DNA from: Lytechinus pictus | Lineage: Eukaryota | Assembly: GCF_037042905.1 (NCBI RefSeq) | Contig: NC_087245.1 | Coordinates: forward strand, 41,294,001-41,358,000 | DNA: 64,000 nucleotides | Direction of reading: 5' to 3' | Shown: positions 13,009-24,161 of the stretch, in pieces | Numbering within the stretch: the stretch's first letter is position 1 | Layout of the letters: each line of letters begins with the position of its first letter | Position numbers and translations under genes: made by a program | Notes under the pieces: model-generated | What the model saw: the letters and a program-made list of their open reading frames with translations, nothing else | What the model was told of the DNA's origin: nothing | Database searches by the model: none

Positions 13009-13245
13009 AATGAATATCGAGACCTTGCCCGACAATGCAAGGAGTTTGCCTCGGATCTTCTCGACATGTGTCAAAATTCGGAGGAGGTACGGACTATCCT
13101 GAACAACGAGGCAACAACCCTGGACGAGTCCGAACATGGAAGGGGAAGCAACTGGTTGAAATCCGAGGTCGGGGATGAGGCAAATTCTTCACGAACTCCA
13201 ACCCTATCGCGGCTAAAACTGGCGATAAAACTCCGACAGAAACAG
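13009..13245 (+). CDS. TRPC: TRPC exon, linker helices; ends at a GC donor
   Basis: aaccag|AAT; NEYRDLARQCKEFASDLLDMCQNSEEVRTILN...LSRLKLAIKLRQKQ. The only donor that keeps the motif with the next exon is CAG|gcaaat. Confidence 0.92.
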
Positions 13246-13695
13246 GCAAATATGATATGATTGATTGATTGATTTTATTTTATTCATATATATATACATC
13301 ATTTTCAACATTACATAACATTTATATTAGTGTAATCATTAATATTATATATATACATGAGTGGAGCATCATAATCTCAATGAGCTTGAGAAAGATGTTC
13401 CGAGAAAAAAAAATAGATATATAAATTATACATTGGCTTAAAGAATACATTCAATGACGCGAACATCAAATAAGAGGTCAGAGAAGAGCAAGAGAAATAG
13501 AGTGAGGGGTGAGAAACACAGTAGGAGAGAGAGAGAATTGAATAGAAAGAGAGAAACATGAAGAAAGTACTAACAATATATAAAATACAAGACATCATGT
13601 TTTGAGAACGAAGACTCATTGGTAAGGTATTTTGTTTGTATAATAATAATCACAAACAATATAAAAAAATAGTGTAGTGGTATACAATGATAAAT

Positions 13696-13872
13696 GGGTG
13701 TTTCATAAAGATGTTGATAAGTTACGAGCGAGTTTACAAACGACTGATGATCATTTCTTTTGGTAAATGTTATACACCAAATTTTCCTTGATGTTGAATA
13801 AGCTCCCAGGAAAGGATCACCAATCGTACGTAAAGTTTCTCGTATAGCTTACAAACAACTTTATGAAACACC
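13696..13872. mobile_element. MITE family D (gggtgtttcataaag TIR)
   Basis: gggtgtttcataaag ... ctttatgaaacacc; other copies at 33104-33273, about 33908-34079, 34083-34231 and a partial copy at 11841-11951. Confidence 0.75.
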
Positions 13873-14261
13873 TATAACCTACGTAGCTCTTTAGAATTCC
13901 ATAAGGATTCAGAGGGTTGGGGACGAAAGAAGTTACTCTCGGGCCTTTTCTTTTCTGGTTAAAGTGGAGCCAGTGGCAGAGCTGGGATTCGAACTCACAA
14001 CCTCACAATCATGGGTCCAATTCTCTAAGCACGAGACCACATGACCCAAAACTTTAAATTAAATTGTTTCTAAAATACCAAAGACAAGAATTCTTGAATT
14101 TGAAGCTTGATCTGAATCATAACCAATTTATCTTAATCTACCTCATATATTATATTCCAGTTATTATGCTTGATGTCTACTAACTTGTTTCACTCAATAT
14201 GCTCTATACGTCTATATGGTTACGACTGATCAATATTTTACTCTATTTTTTATTGCTTTAG

Positions 14262-14426
14262 TTCGTAGCGCATTCTCACTGTCAGCACGAGCTAGCTACA
14301 CTGTGGTATCGTAATTTTCCTAGCTGGCGATTGATGAGCTTGCCCAAGAAGGTTTTTGTCAATGTCCTGATTGTTCTCGGACTACCGTTCTTTACCCTGT
14401 GTTACTATCTGGCCCCATATAGCAAG
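14262..14426 (+). CDS. TRPC: TRPC exon, pre-S1 elbow
   Basis: ctttag|TTC; FVAHSHCQHELATLWYRNFPSWRLMSLPKKVFVNVLIVLGLPFFTLCYYLAPYSK; donor AAG|gtaggt. Confidence 0.94.
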
Positions 14427-15589
14427 GTAGGTGAGATCGATTCATATCAGAGGGCCTATTCGTTGTTTCGTTGCCCTGACGTTCTGGGCCAAGGTAACAC
14501 AAAGCTTAGCAATTGATTATGTGCTGATATTTAAGAATGATCATGGGCAATTCCATAAAATGATCAACCTTTTTGTACGTCCGACCCCCATTTTCTCAAG
14601 TTTTACTTCGCTTCATAAACTGACCAAGTCATGGTCCTTTGAGAACATTATAGACTGTCAAAAGAACAAAAAATCAGAGACCAAAAATTTCATGAAGGTC
14701 CCAAATATAGTTGGTCGGACGTACATATTTTATGGAATTTCCCTCATAAACAATAGCCAATGCAATCAACAGCCATCAATCTTAGAAATCAGCCTCACGA
14801 TCAATCGCTAAGCTTTATGCTACGGTGACCTGGGCTCAGTGACACAAAGGTTTGCTATTAATCGCTAATTTGAAAGAACAATTTTGATTGGTTCCTATTA
14901 AGTATACTGGGCAGATGCGCATGCAACGTTTATCGTGATAGGCCATGTAATCTCGCGACCAATCGCTAACCTTTGTGTTACGGGGCACAGGTTATCAAAT
15001 GTCTTATCTACCATTTGCACTATATGTCTTCTGAATCTTTAACCTATCAACCTTTCTCTGTCTTCAAATGTCTTTCGTTTCATCTCTCACACATTTGCTT
15101 GTAAAGTGTCCCCCTCTACCGCTCATCCTTTCTGATTCCACACCATAGTTATTATCATCATTTATTTATTCATTTATTCATTTTTCTTTAAAAAAATCTT
15201 TATTATGATTATTACTAACGTTTTGGGGAGGGGCTGGGTCAATGTGTTTGCTTCCCTGGGTATCTGAATGCTTAATCAAAAGAGGGTCTTTTGAGGTTCC
15301 CATTAATAATTGATATTCTTCAAAGCGGAAAACACACCACACCCGAGTTTCAACTCACTGTTTAAATAGGCAAATGGCTAAGCGACTTTTAATTGCAATT
15401 TACTCAGTATAAAAACTGGGTAATATTATTTCATTATCTAATTTTTTTGCTTGTCAGGTTGTTAAAGTTGTCCAACATCTATAATTTCGACGTGTTGGAT
15501 CGAGTTAGAACTAATTATTATCGTAAAAATTTCCATGTCTACAGAATGGACACATTTCAATATTATGGTGCTTCGTTTTTGTTTCCTAG

Positions 15590-15878
15590 CTTGGCCAGTT
15601 CGTAAGCAGTCCGCTTGTCAAGTTCATCCTTTATTCCGCCTCCTATTTCGTCTTCCTCCTCGTCATCTTCATCGAATCCCTCTACGCCCAAAACTACACC
15701 AACTGGTACCATGACCAAAAAGAAAAGAGACTAACATCCCTCTTGCGAGAGCGACTCAACACCACCACCAATACGTGTCTCTCAATCTTCTCCGGTTTGG
15801 AAAAAGAGGATTACATTATTCATCTTCGTTTCTTCGAGCTCACGCCCCTAGAAATTGTTATACTGATATTCCTCATGG
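15590..15878 (+). CDS. TRPC: TRPC exon, S1, long S1-S2 loop, start of S2
   Basis: tcctag|CTT; LGQFVSSPLVKFILYSASYFVFLLVIFIESL...ELTPLEIVILIFLM-G; donor G|gtatgt (phase 1). Absent from the ORF track; translated by hand. Confidence 0.92.
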
Positions 15879-16039
15879 GTATGTGATGAATTTATTGTCA
15901 TCAATAATACTACCATTTTCTAAACATTGAATTATGATTGCATGTCCTATTCAATTCCTTTGTGTAAATGTTTTCCCTCATAAAGAAATTCATATAGTTT
16001 TCATCAAACAAGGAACAATGTTCCCATTGGGGTATGCTA

Positions 16040-17075
16040 AAGTAGCAATTGATGGAAGACGTAACAAAAAAAAAGAAAGGAAAAGACTGTGATCATTATT
16101 ACATTTCTCTCCAGAGAGGCAGGGTTTTATTGGTGCGAGATTAAAAGAAAATGACTGAGGGAATTCCAGCTTTATATTAATTATGTGAATATTTTTATTG
16201 ATATAATTATCATATGAACACTACAATGATGGTAGAGTGACGTAATAATGACAAAAAAAATAAGCAACTGAAAAGATGCTGCTCATCATTACACATCTCT
16301 CCATTGCTACAGGGTTTCTTAGCACGATAAAAAAAGTAATAATGGGCTGAGAAAAATCAGCTTTGAATTTATATAATCATGTCATATGAACAATTAAAAT
16401 GATTGGATGACGAAATAAAAAACAACAAGTAATAGACGCTGATCATGTTTTTTTACATTTCTAAAAGGGTTTTACTGAATCAGTAAAACCCTTTTACAAT
16501 GGAGAGAAATGTAAAAAAAAAATGATCAGCGTCTATTACTTTTTGACAGATACGAGATTAAAGCAAATGACAGAGGGAATTAAATCTTAATTCATATAAA
16601 TATTGATATAACAATATCATTTGAACACCAAAATGATGGTTGGGAAACGTAATAACAATAAAAAAGAATGGAAAAGACGCTTATCATCATTACATATCTC
16701 TCCATTGCTACAGGGATATTTTGGTGTGAAATTGAATGCAAATGACTGAGTGAATTCAAGCTCAAAATTCATGGTAATATTGACAAACCTATAACACATG
16801 AACACCGCATGTTGGATGACGTAACAAACAAAAAAGAAAGGGAAAGATGCTGATTGTCATTACACATCTCTCCATTGCTGCAGGGTTTCTTTACAATGGG
16901 CTAAGGGAAATCAAGCCAATCCATATAAAGTCATACACCCATATCATAAGAACACTGCGATTATGTTTGGATGACGAAAAAAAAAAAGTAAAAGATGCTG
17001 ATCACCATTACGCATCTGTCCATTGCTACAGGGTTTCTATGGGGTGAGATCAAGCAGCTATGGGCTGAGGGTCTT
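16040..17075 (+). repeat. Diverged tandem array (about 150-200-bp units) whose last unit contains the functional TRPC acceptor at 17031
   Basis: Recurrent gatgacgtaa...aaaagatgctgatcatcattacacatctctccattgctacagggttt units. Confidence 0.85.
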
Positions 17076-17277
17076 CTTGCTTACTTGGCATCGATATGGA
17101 ACTGGATCGATATCGCCATGTTGAATCTCTACCTGGCGTCATGCACACTCAATATACTTAGTGTGACCAAGGCCCGACTGGCGATTGATTTCTTCATGAC
17201 CAATGTCAACGCGCCATGTTTGTATAAGCACGGTGACGACTCGGTAGCACAAGCGCATTTCTATTTCTTGCAACGAG
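17032..17277 (+). CDS. TRPC: TRPC exon, S2-S3 and S3-S4 loop
   Basis: ctacag|GG; (G)FLWGEIKQLWAEGLLAYLASIWNWIDIAMLNLYLAS...FYFLQR; donor G|gtaatg; phase 1/1. Confidence 0.95.
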
Positions 17278-17310
17278 GTAATGTTTATTTCTTCAATTTA
17301 TACTCTTCTT

Positions 17311-17560
17311 GGCCCTGTCTTACAAAGAGTCGCGATTGATCCGATCAACCACAACTATGTAAAGCCAGCTACGTCAACATAAAAAAATACAGTTTTGCTC
17401 AAAATATTTTCTAAATAGAATGTATATTAAATCATCAATCGTTTCCTACCTCTTGGTTTACAAAGGATATTATGTCCTGTAAAAAAAAATTGTGACAATG
17501 ATGAATTTCCATATAGTTGAGGTTGATCGAATCAATCGTAAATCTTTGTAAGACGGGGCT
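17311..17560. mobile_element. MITE family C (ggccctgtcttacaaagag TIR)
   Basis: TIR pair ggccctgtcttacaaaga / tctttgtaagacggggc; other copies at 33557-33826 and 39404-39759. Confidence 0.8.
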
Positions 17561-18228
17561 CTGTTCTACCTTCATGTATTCAAGAAGAAATAAGAAATGA
17601 AAGTGGGATATTGGAATATATTTTGACATAATATTCAGATATTGTATCAAAGTTTCCATTTCCTTTACCGTCCTTTCTTCCTTTTCTTTCCCATTTGTCA
17701 CGTTTGTTCTTATGTTTGATGAAGTGCCCAAAGCTCCCCCATACGCCAGTAATTGTATTTCACTAAGTATTTTCTAGATTTCTTTAAGATTATTTTTGCA
17801 TTGATTTGCCTGGAAACCGTAACTCTTGGTTGTGATTGGTCAAGCTAGTTGACTCGTTAAAGATTTACATGGTTTGTTTTTATACAGTATATCAATTATC
17901 TATGAACAAATCTAAATGAAGTATTTCTTTTCTCGTATCCCTCAAAACATAAACTCAATCTATTCATCATTATCATAAAATTCATATCTTTGTAAATTTC
18001 GAGGTAAGAGACTCTTTTTAAACATATATTATTGGGTGGTCCTTTTCAGGACCAACACTTGCCCAAGAAAGATACATGGTGTACCTTGAAACCTACTACA
18101 CTATGATATTCTTCTAACAAATAAATGAAAATGCCAGATGTACATGGTGATTATGATCCATGGTCTCTATGTCCTATAAAAGTATATATTTTTGATGTAA
18201 TGTATATAAGTCTATTTTGTTTTGTCAG

Positions 18229-18481
18229 AACGTTCAATGTGGCACAACGATGATCCCGTCTTTGTCTCCGAAGCCCTGTACGCCCTGGCCAACGTGCTCA
18301 GTTTCTCACGCCTCTCCTACATCCTACCGGTCAGCGAGTTCCTCGGTCCACTCCAAATCTCCTTGGGTCGGATGCTGGGCGACATCCTCCGCTTCGCCGT
18401 CGTCTTCATCGTCGTCTTCCTAGCGTTTTTCTGCTCCATGTTCAATCTGTATTACTCCTACGAAGATTCAAAGTTCGGCAA
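18229..18481 (+). CDS. TRPC: TRPC exon, S4, S4-S5 linker, S5
   Basis: tgtcag|AA; (E)RSMWHNDDPVFVSEALYALANVLSFSRLSYILPVSEFLGPLQISLGRMLGDILRF...NLYYSYEDSKFG; donor AA|gtacgt (phase 2). Confidence 0.96.
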
Positions 18482-19170
18482 GTACGTTACCATGGGTTGC
18501 GGTCACGTGACGTATGTTAGTCACTTAGCTATCAACTTAACCATTCTGCTTTTCCACCAAACGTCAGTCATTTTTATAAATTGAAGAACAAATTTTATTT
18601 ATTGTTAAACAAAAAAATTATAACAAATTCTTAAATGAATGAGTTTTATGGTATATTCAAACGACAGCGTTACTGACATCAAACATGATCTTGGAAGTTG
18701 ATGTTAGCTATTGAGAATCCCTGATTCATTCATCAGAAATTTCAGGAGAAACCTCAACATCTCAATCAATGATCAAGAGCTTGTTGAACATCCTGACATC
18801 TCAAGAAAAGGAAATATTCCTTGTAATGTAATTATCTTCCGCATCCTTATCTCTGAGAGTTGTGTATATGCTGAATCAAATGACAGACTTTGTATTTTTT
18901 TCAATTCTAAAAATTGCTTAAATATAATGGTATGATATTTTCTACTAAACTCTAAATATGAAAGGGCGGAAATGGGTATATCACCCCTTTAAAGGGTCGA
19001 GGAGTAACAGCGCTTTCAATAAGGTATTAAGGCATGAAGGGTGAAAAAAGATATTACTCCTCAGGCGTTTTACACCCTTTCCCCTTTTGTATTTTTAGAG
19101 TGCATGAATTTCATGCGTAATCTTAATCTCTCCAACTAATCATGTCACTAATCCACCATCATCTTCTCAG

Positions 19171-19414
19171 TTTTGGTCAGGCGTTCCTGACCCTGTTCTG
19201 GGCACTGTTTGGCCTGGGTAACCCTGCAGACCCCAGGCTCCACCACAACAGCACCAGCAACGCCACGGGGTCGATGACGGCGGGCGGTAAGGGCGGGTAC
19301 CTGATCACCGAGTCGTTTGGGACCATGCTCTACATGATCTACTACGTAGTTATGGGTCTCGTCATGCTGAACATGCTGATCGCCATGATGAGCAATTCCT
19401 TTCAAGAGATCAAT
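19171..19414 (+). CDS. TRPC: TRPC exon, pore helix (LFW), filter and S6
   Basis: tctcag|T; (N)FGQAFLTLFWALFGLG...GLVMLNMLIAMMSNSFQEIN; donor AAT|gtgagt. Confidence 0.96.
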
Positions 19415-19654
19415 GTGAGTTTTTTTTTTCAATTCATTTCATTTCACATCTCTTAAAATTAAAATGATATGAAATTATTCACACAAAAAGTTGCTTTACA
19501 TAATCAACAAGCAAGAAAAAACAAACAAAGAAAAAAAAAATTATCACAGCAAAAAATGTAGTTAAGCGGATATGAGCGACAGACAGGAGGACATTGGCCT
19601 ATCGAGGTCGGTCCCTCTAATTAACCTATGAAAAGTTAAAAAAATAAGTGATGA

Positions 19655-20382
19655 ATTCCCCATTAACGGAGGATTGCGTCAGGGAGATACAATTTCACCC
19701 AAGCTGTTCAACGCTGCACTGGAGGAAATAATTCGTAAACTAGACTGGGAAACTCGGGGGGCTGAACATTGAAGGTGATCGTCTTCATCACCTGAGATTC
19801 GCCGATGATATCATTCTCATCACTGATAATGGTCTCAAGTTAGAAGATTTGCTCAACGATCTCAACACTGAAAATAAAAAAGTAGGCCTGAAGTTCAACA
19901 TGAAAAAGACAAAAGTAATGTTCGACAAATTTGCCACGGAGCAAAGAATCATAATGGATAATTCTGAAATCGAGAGAGTAAATCACTATATCTACTTTGG
20001 GAAACATATTAAAATGGATCATGAACATCTGAAAGAACTTAAAATGACAAGAGCTGGATAGAACGCTTTTGGAATTTCAATGACATCATGAAGAGCAATT
20101 AATGTGCCAACTTGCCTTAAGAGAAAAGTCTTCAACCGATGTGTTATACCAACAATGACCTATGGTTCCGAAATCTGGTCTGTAACAAAGAAAATGTAAC
20201 ATGAACTAAAAACGTACAAACGGACAAAAATTGAGATGAAGTGACGAGCTTACAAAGTTCATTGGCATAAAGTGGATTGCATCAGCACAAGACAGACACC
20301 TTTGGCACCAACCTGAGGAGGCCTTGGCATTGCAGTGGGCTGAACATGGCTGATGATGATGATGATAATGATGATGATGATG
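19655..20382 (+). mobile_element. Degenerate RTE-clade LINE, 3' fragment (reverse transcriptase)
   Basis: GLRQGDTISPKLFNAALEEI...(frameshift)...HHLRFADDIILI...GLKFNMKKTKVM; stops and frameshifts; 3' end gcagtgggctgaacatggc followed by (tga)n. Confidence 0.9.
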
Positions 20383-21434
20383 AACAATTTTTGTTGAGGG
20401 GTGTGATGCCATAGGAAAAATCAATGATAGATATATATGAGGTGGTTGCGTTGGATGTTTAGTTATGTAAGGTAGTTAAGTTGATAAGTGAGTTTAGTTT
20501 ATTAAGTTAAGTGCTGTAGTTAGGTTTTGTGATGTAAAGCGCTTAGAGAAATTTTGATAAGCGCTATATGAATATTGAATTATTATTATTATTATGATAA
20601 AACAAAACGTATCATGAAGGTGTGATTGGCGGCAGGCAAGAGTAGGTGTTGGAAAAGATCATATACATATTGCTGATTCAGGAAAAAGCAATCAGGAGCA
20701 AATTAAGTTAAAACATTATTCACTATGCGAATAAGGGGTAAAATTGAGAGAAAAAAAGGAGAAGAAAAAGCAAGAAAGAGGGAAGAATAGGATTTAAAAA
20801 TACAATGGGGCTGCAGCTACGGGGGCAATTAACTGTAATATTTTATGTAGTGGAAGAAAAAGGAAAGAGAGAAAAAAGGGGAAATAAAGTAAGAAAGGAG
20901 ATAGAAGAGGGTTGACTCGGTATTAACCCTATTATTCAATCAATAAAAAAGTTCAACATTTGGTCTCCTTTTGGTCATCTTGCCCTTATTAAATACACAC
21001 TGGTGCCGCCCCTGAAGTGTTTAATATCATTATTACTGTTTTCTTATTTTGATTTTTACCATACACTCTACGTATTGTATGTAGGCCGATCTCTTATTTG
21101 TTTTATCTAGCAGTCTGTTTTGTGTTTCTATGAAAGCACCTATTGAGAATCAACTTTATATTATTATCATAATATATCTAAGGACAAATAATCTTAAATT
21201 ACACAATGATGATGATAATATAATAATAATGATGATAACAATAATAATAGTTATATTTATATAACAATTAATACATCATGTTTTTAATTGCAATTATTAT
21301 TACTTTCGGTCCTCAGATCTTGGCATGCCCTTTCCTTCATAATCTAATTTAATTGATAGGTAAACTGCAATTAGGCAAAGGCCGTTTACTTTCGATGAAT
21401 CTTAAAATTCAATTTTCTTTGAATAAAACTGTAG

Positions 21435-21818
<384 letters not shown>

Positions 21819-22501
21819 TGAGGATGGTTGATTACACTCTGAATTTAAAAGATTGAAAATAATTCCAGATCGGCTGTGAACAGAGTGACCAGATGGATAT
21901 TTGATTTATTATCAATCTTAAGGACAAACCTTAGATTTAAATTCTAATCTTATAGCTTTATATTTATATATATATAGAAGGTTCAAATCTAAATCTAATA
22001 TTCGGCTGGTCACTCACTTTTCACAGCCAATCTGGATTTTAAGTCCTTGGAATTTAGAGTGTAACTTTTTGCCATTCATGTCATTTCTGAATATTTATCT
22101 TTCTACGAGCCTATGTCACATATTGATAGTCGTTTACATTTCGGCCAGTTATGACATTTCTGAATAATATCTTTTGATTGTAAAGCGATTATAAGCGTTT
22201 ATAAATTCACGTAAATTTTGTGTGCGCTATAGAAAAGTGATACAATGTATGATGATTTATATGACAAAAGTTATAACATCCACCAGAAAGAATACCGATT
22301 CTGACATATCTCTGAGAAAAGCTGAATATCGAGAACAGACCATGTTCAGAATACCGACACTGAACAAAAATGCGAAGAGATCCGTGACTAAAGTTTTGGT
22401 GAGTTTTATAACAATCTGACAATTGCTAAACAACAATATCTATCACAACTTTTATAACAATTTTTACTTACTTCATTTGTTGCATTTGTGTATCATCACA
22501 G

Positions 22502-22564
22502 AGAAATGGTGTTTTCAATATCTTGAATAAACTAGAACTACGGCGTGATGAAAGCACACACGAG
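22502..22564 (+). CDS. TRPC: TRPC small 63-nt exon
   Basis: tcacag|AGA; RNGVFNILNKLELRRDESTHE; donor GAG|gtaaga; phase 0/0. Low sequence conservation; supported by splice signals and position before the rib helix. Confidence 0.75.
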
Positions 22565-23199
22565 GTAAGAGATTATACATTTTCAATTGTTCTTGAAATT
22601 GAAAAATAAATTTAGGACTTCAAAAATTACATAATTGTAATATTGAAGTGTTATTTCAAGATTTGTTAATGAACTATTGCCATGACTAAAATATACAAAA
22701 GTTATATATCTGATATATAGGAATAAAAAAAAATCATATGCTTGGATTGCGTTTGCAATTTGACTGGTATCGTGAGTTTCATTTACAATAAAGTAGTTAA
22801 TGCATTATATTCACTATGGTTTATAAATGAAATTCAACCTCAATCCAAATTCAGTTTAATCTTATTTGTTTCTTGAAATATTAGACAGTATGTTATTGAA
22901 ATTAACATAAAATCAGAATGTAATAAGAATATAAAACAATGGTTACAAGTAAAACAGAAAGATAAAAAGATCAATTTAAAGTAAGCAGAGCCTTTGAAGT
23001 AATAAAGGCATGAATATGTTTTAATCAAACACGTCAATGAATATAAAAGTAAATTGATACTTATAAAATTTCATATAGACATTCAAGAACTGCCGAGTAC
23101 CTGTCATATTTTGTTCTTCATTGTAATGGAATGATGAGCTGATTCTTTAAAATGTTTAATTCTAACATTGAACGTAAAATTGTTGTATCTTATTTACAG

Positions 23200-23275
23200 A
23201 GTATTACTAAAGGCATAATCAAAAGATATCTCTTCAAATTACAGAGGGATAAAGAAAATGATGAAGTGAATGAAG
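23200..23275 (+). CDS. TRPC: TRPC exon, rib helix/CIRB region
   Basis: ttacag|AGT; SITKGIIKRYLFKLQRDKENDEVNE-G, similar to TRPC3/6/7 KRYVLKAQVDKENDEVNEG (recalled); donor G|gtacat. Confidence 0.92.
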
Positions 23276-24161
23276 GTACATTCCAATTTCTTGTTTCCCT
23301 TTAGTAAAAGACAGACCAATATTTATGAAAGTGTGAAATTGTGATTCAGGAATAAAAAAGTTAGAATAAAGGGGATGCCCATAACCATTACACATCTATG
23401 TAGGTGTGACGTTACAAAGGGGAGGGGGAGGTGGCAGCCCCAGTGATTCTTTTCTAAGTAATAAAAAATGAGAGAGAAAGGAGGGAAAAGGAAAAGACAC
23501 TGATCATCATTACGCATCTCTCCATTGCAACAGGGTTTTTTGTGCAAGACGAAATGAAGGATTGCTGTAGAGGTCTTGGTTTTGTCACCCAATTGTTCAA
23601 ATTGAGAACAAAATGGCATCCCCTCTTATTACGTCTAGGTAGTATTCCAAGGTCATAGATAGAGCTGGGACCTTTTCCACACTGCACACTAAGCTCCAGT
23701 TCGGTTATGGAATACTTTATTGTAATCTTCTTCAATATTCTGAACAAAGAAAATAGACATTACCAAAAAAAATATTTAAAAGAAAATGTGTAATTTTTCT
23801 TATTTCATTGCAAGTTTAATCTTTTGTCCTCAATTCTTAGATTGATCAGAATCATCTGTGCAGGGTAAATAAGTTGTTAAAAGGCTACAAGGTTTAAAGC
23901 AAAGCAGATTTCACATTGTACCTACTTTTGGAATTAAAGCATATTTTGATCGGCAACTTTCCGACAGTGTGGGGACGTCATTGTTTGTAAATTTAGTTTT
24001 TGCTATTTGAGTATTACTAAAATCTCTGAACAAGTGATAGATTACACAATTACATAATACAAATTATTTTCATGGGAGAGGGTCAGAAAGAGTGAGGCTG
24101 ATCTTGAGTGGGCTATAACTGATATTGTAAGAATATTCTTAATAATATTTATCCCTTATAG

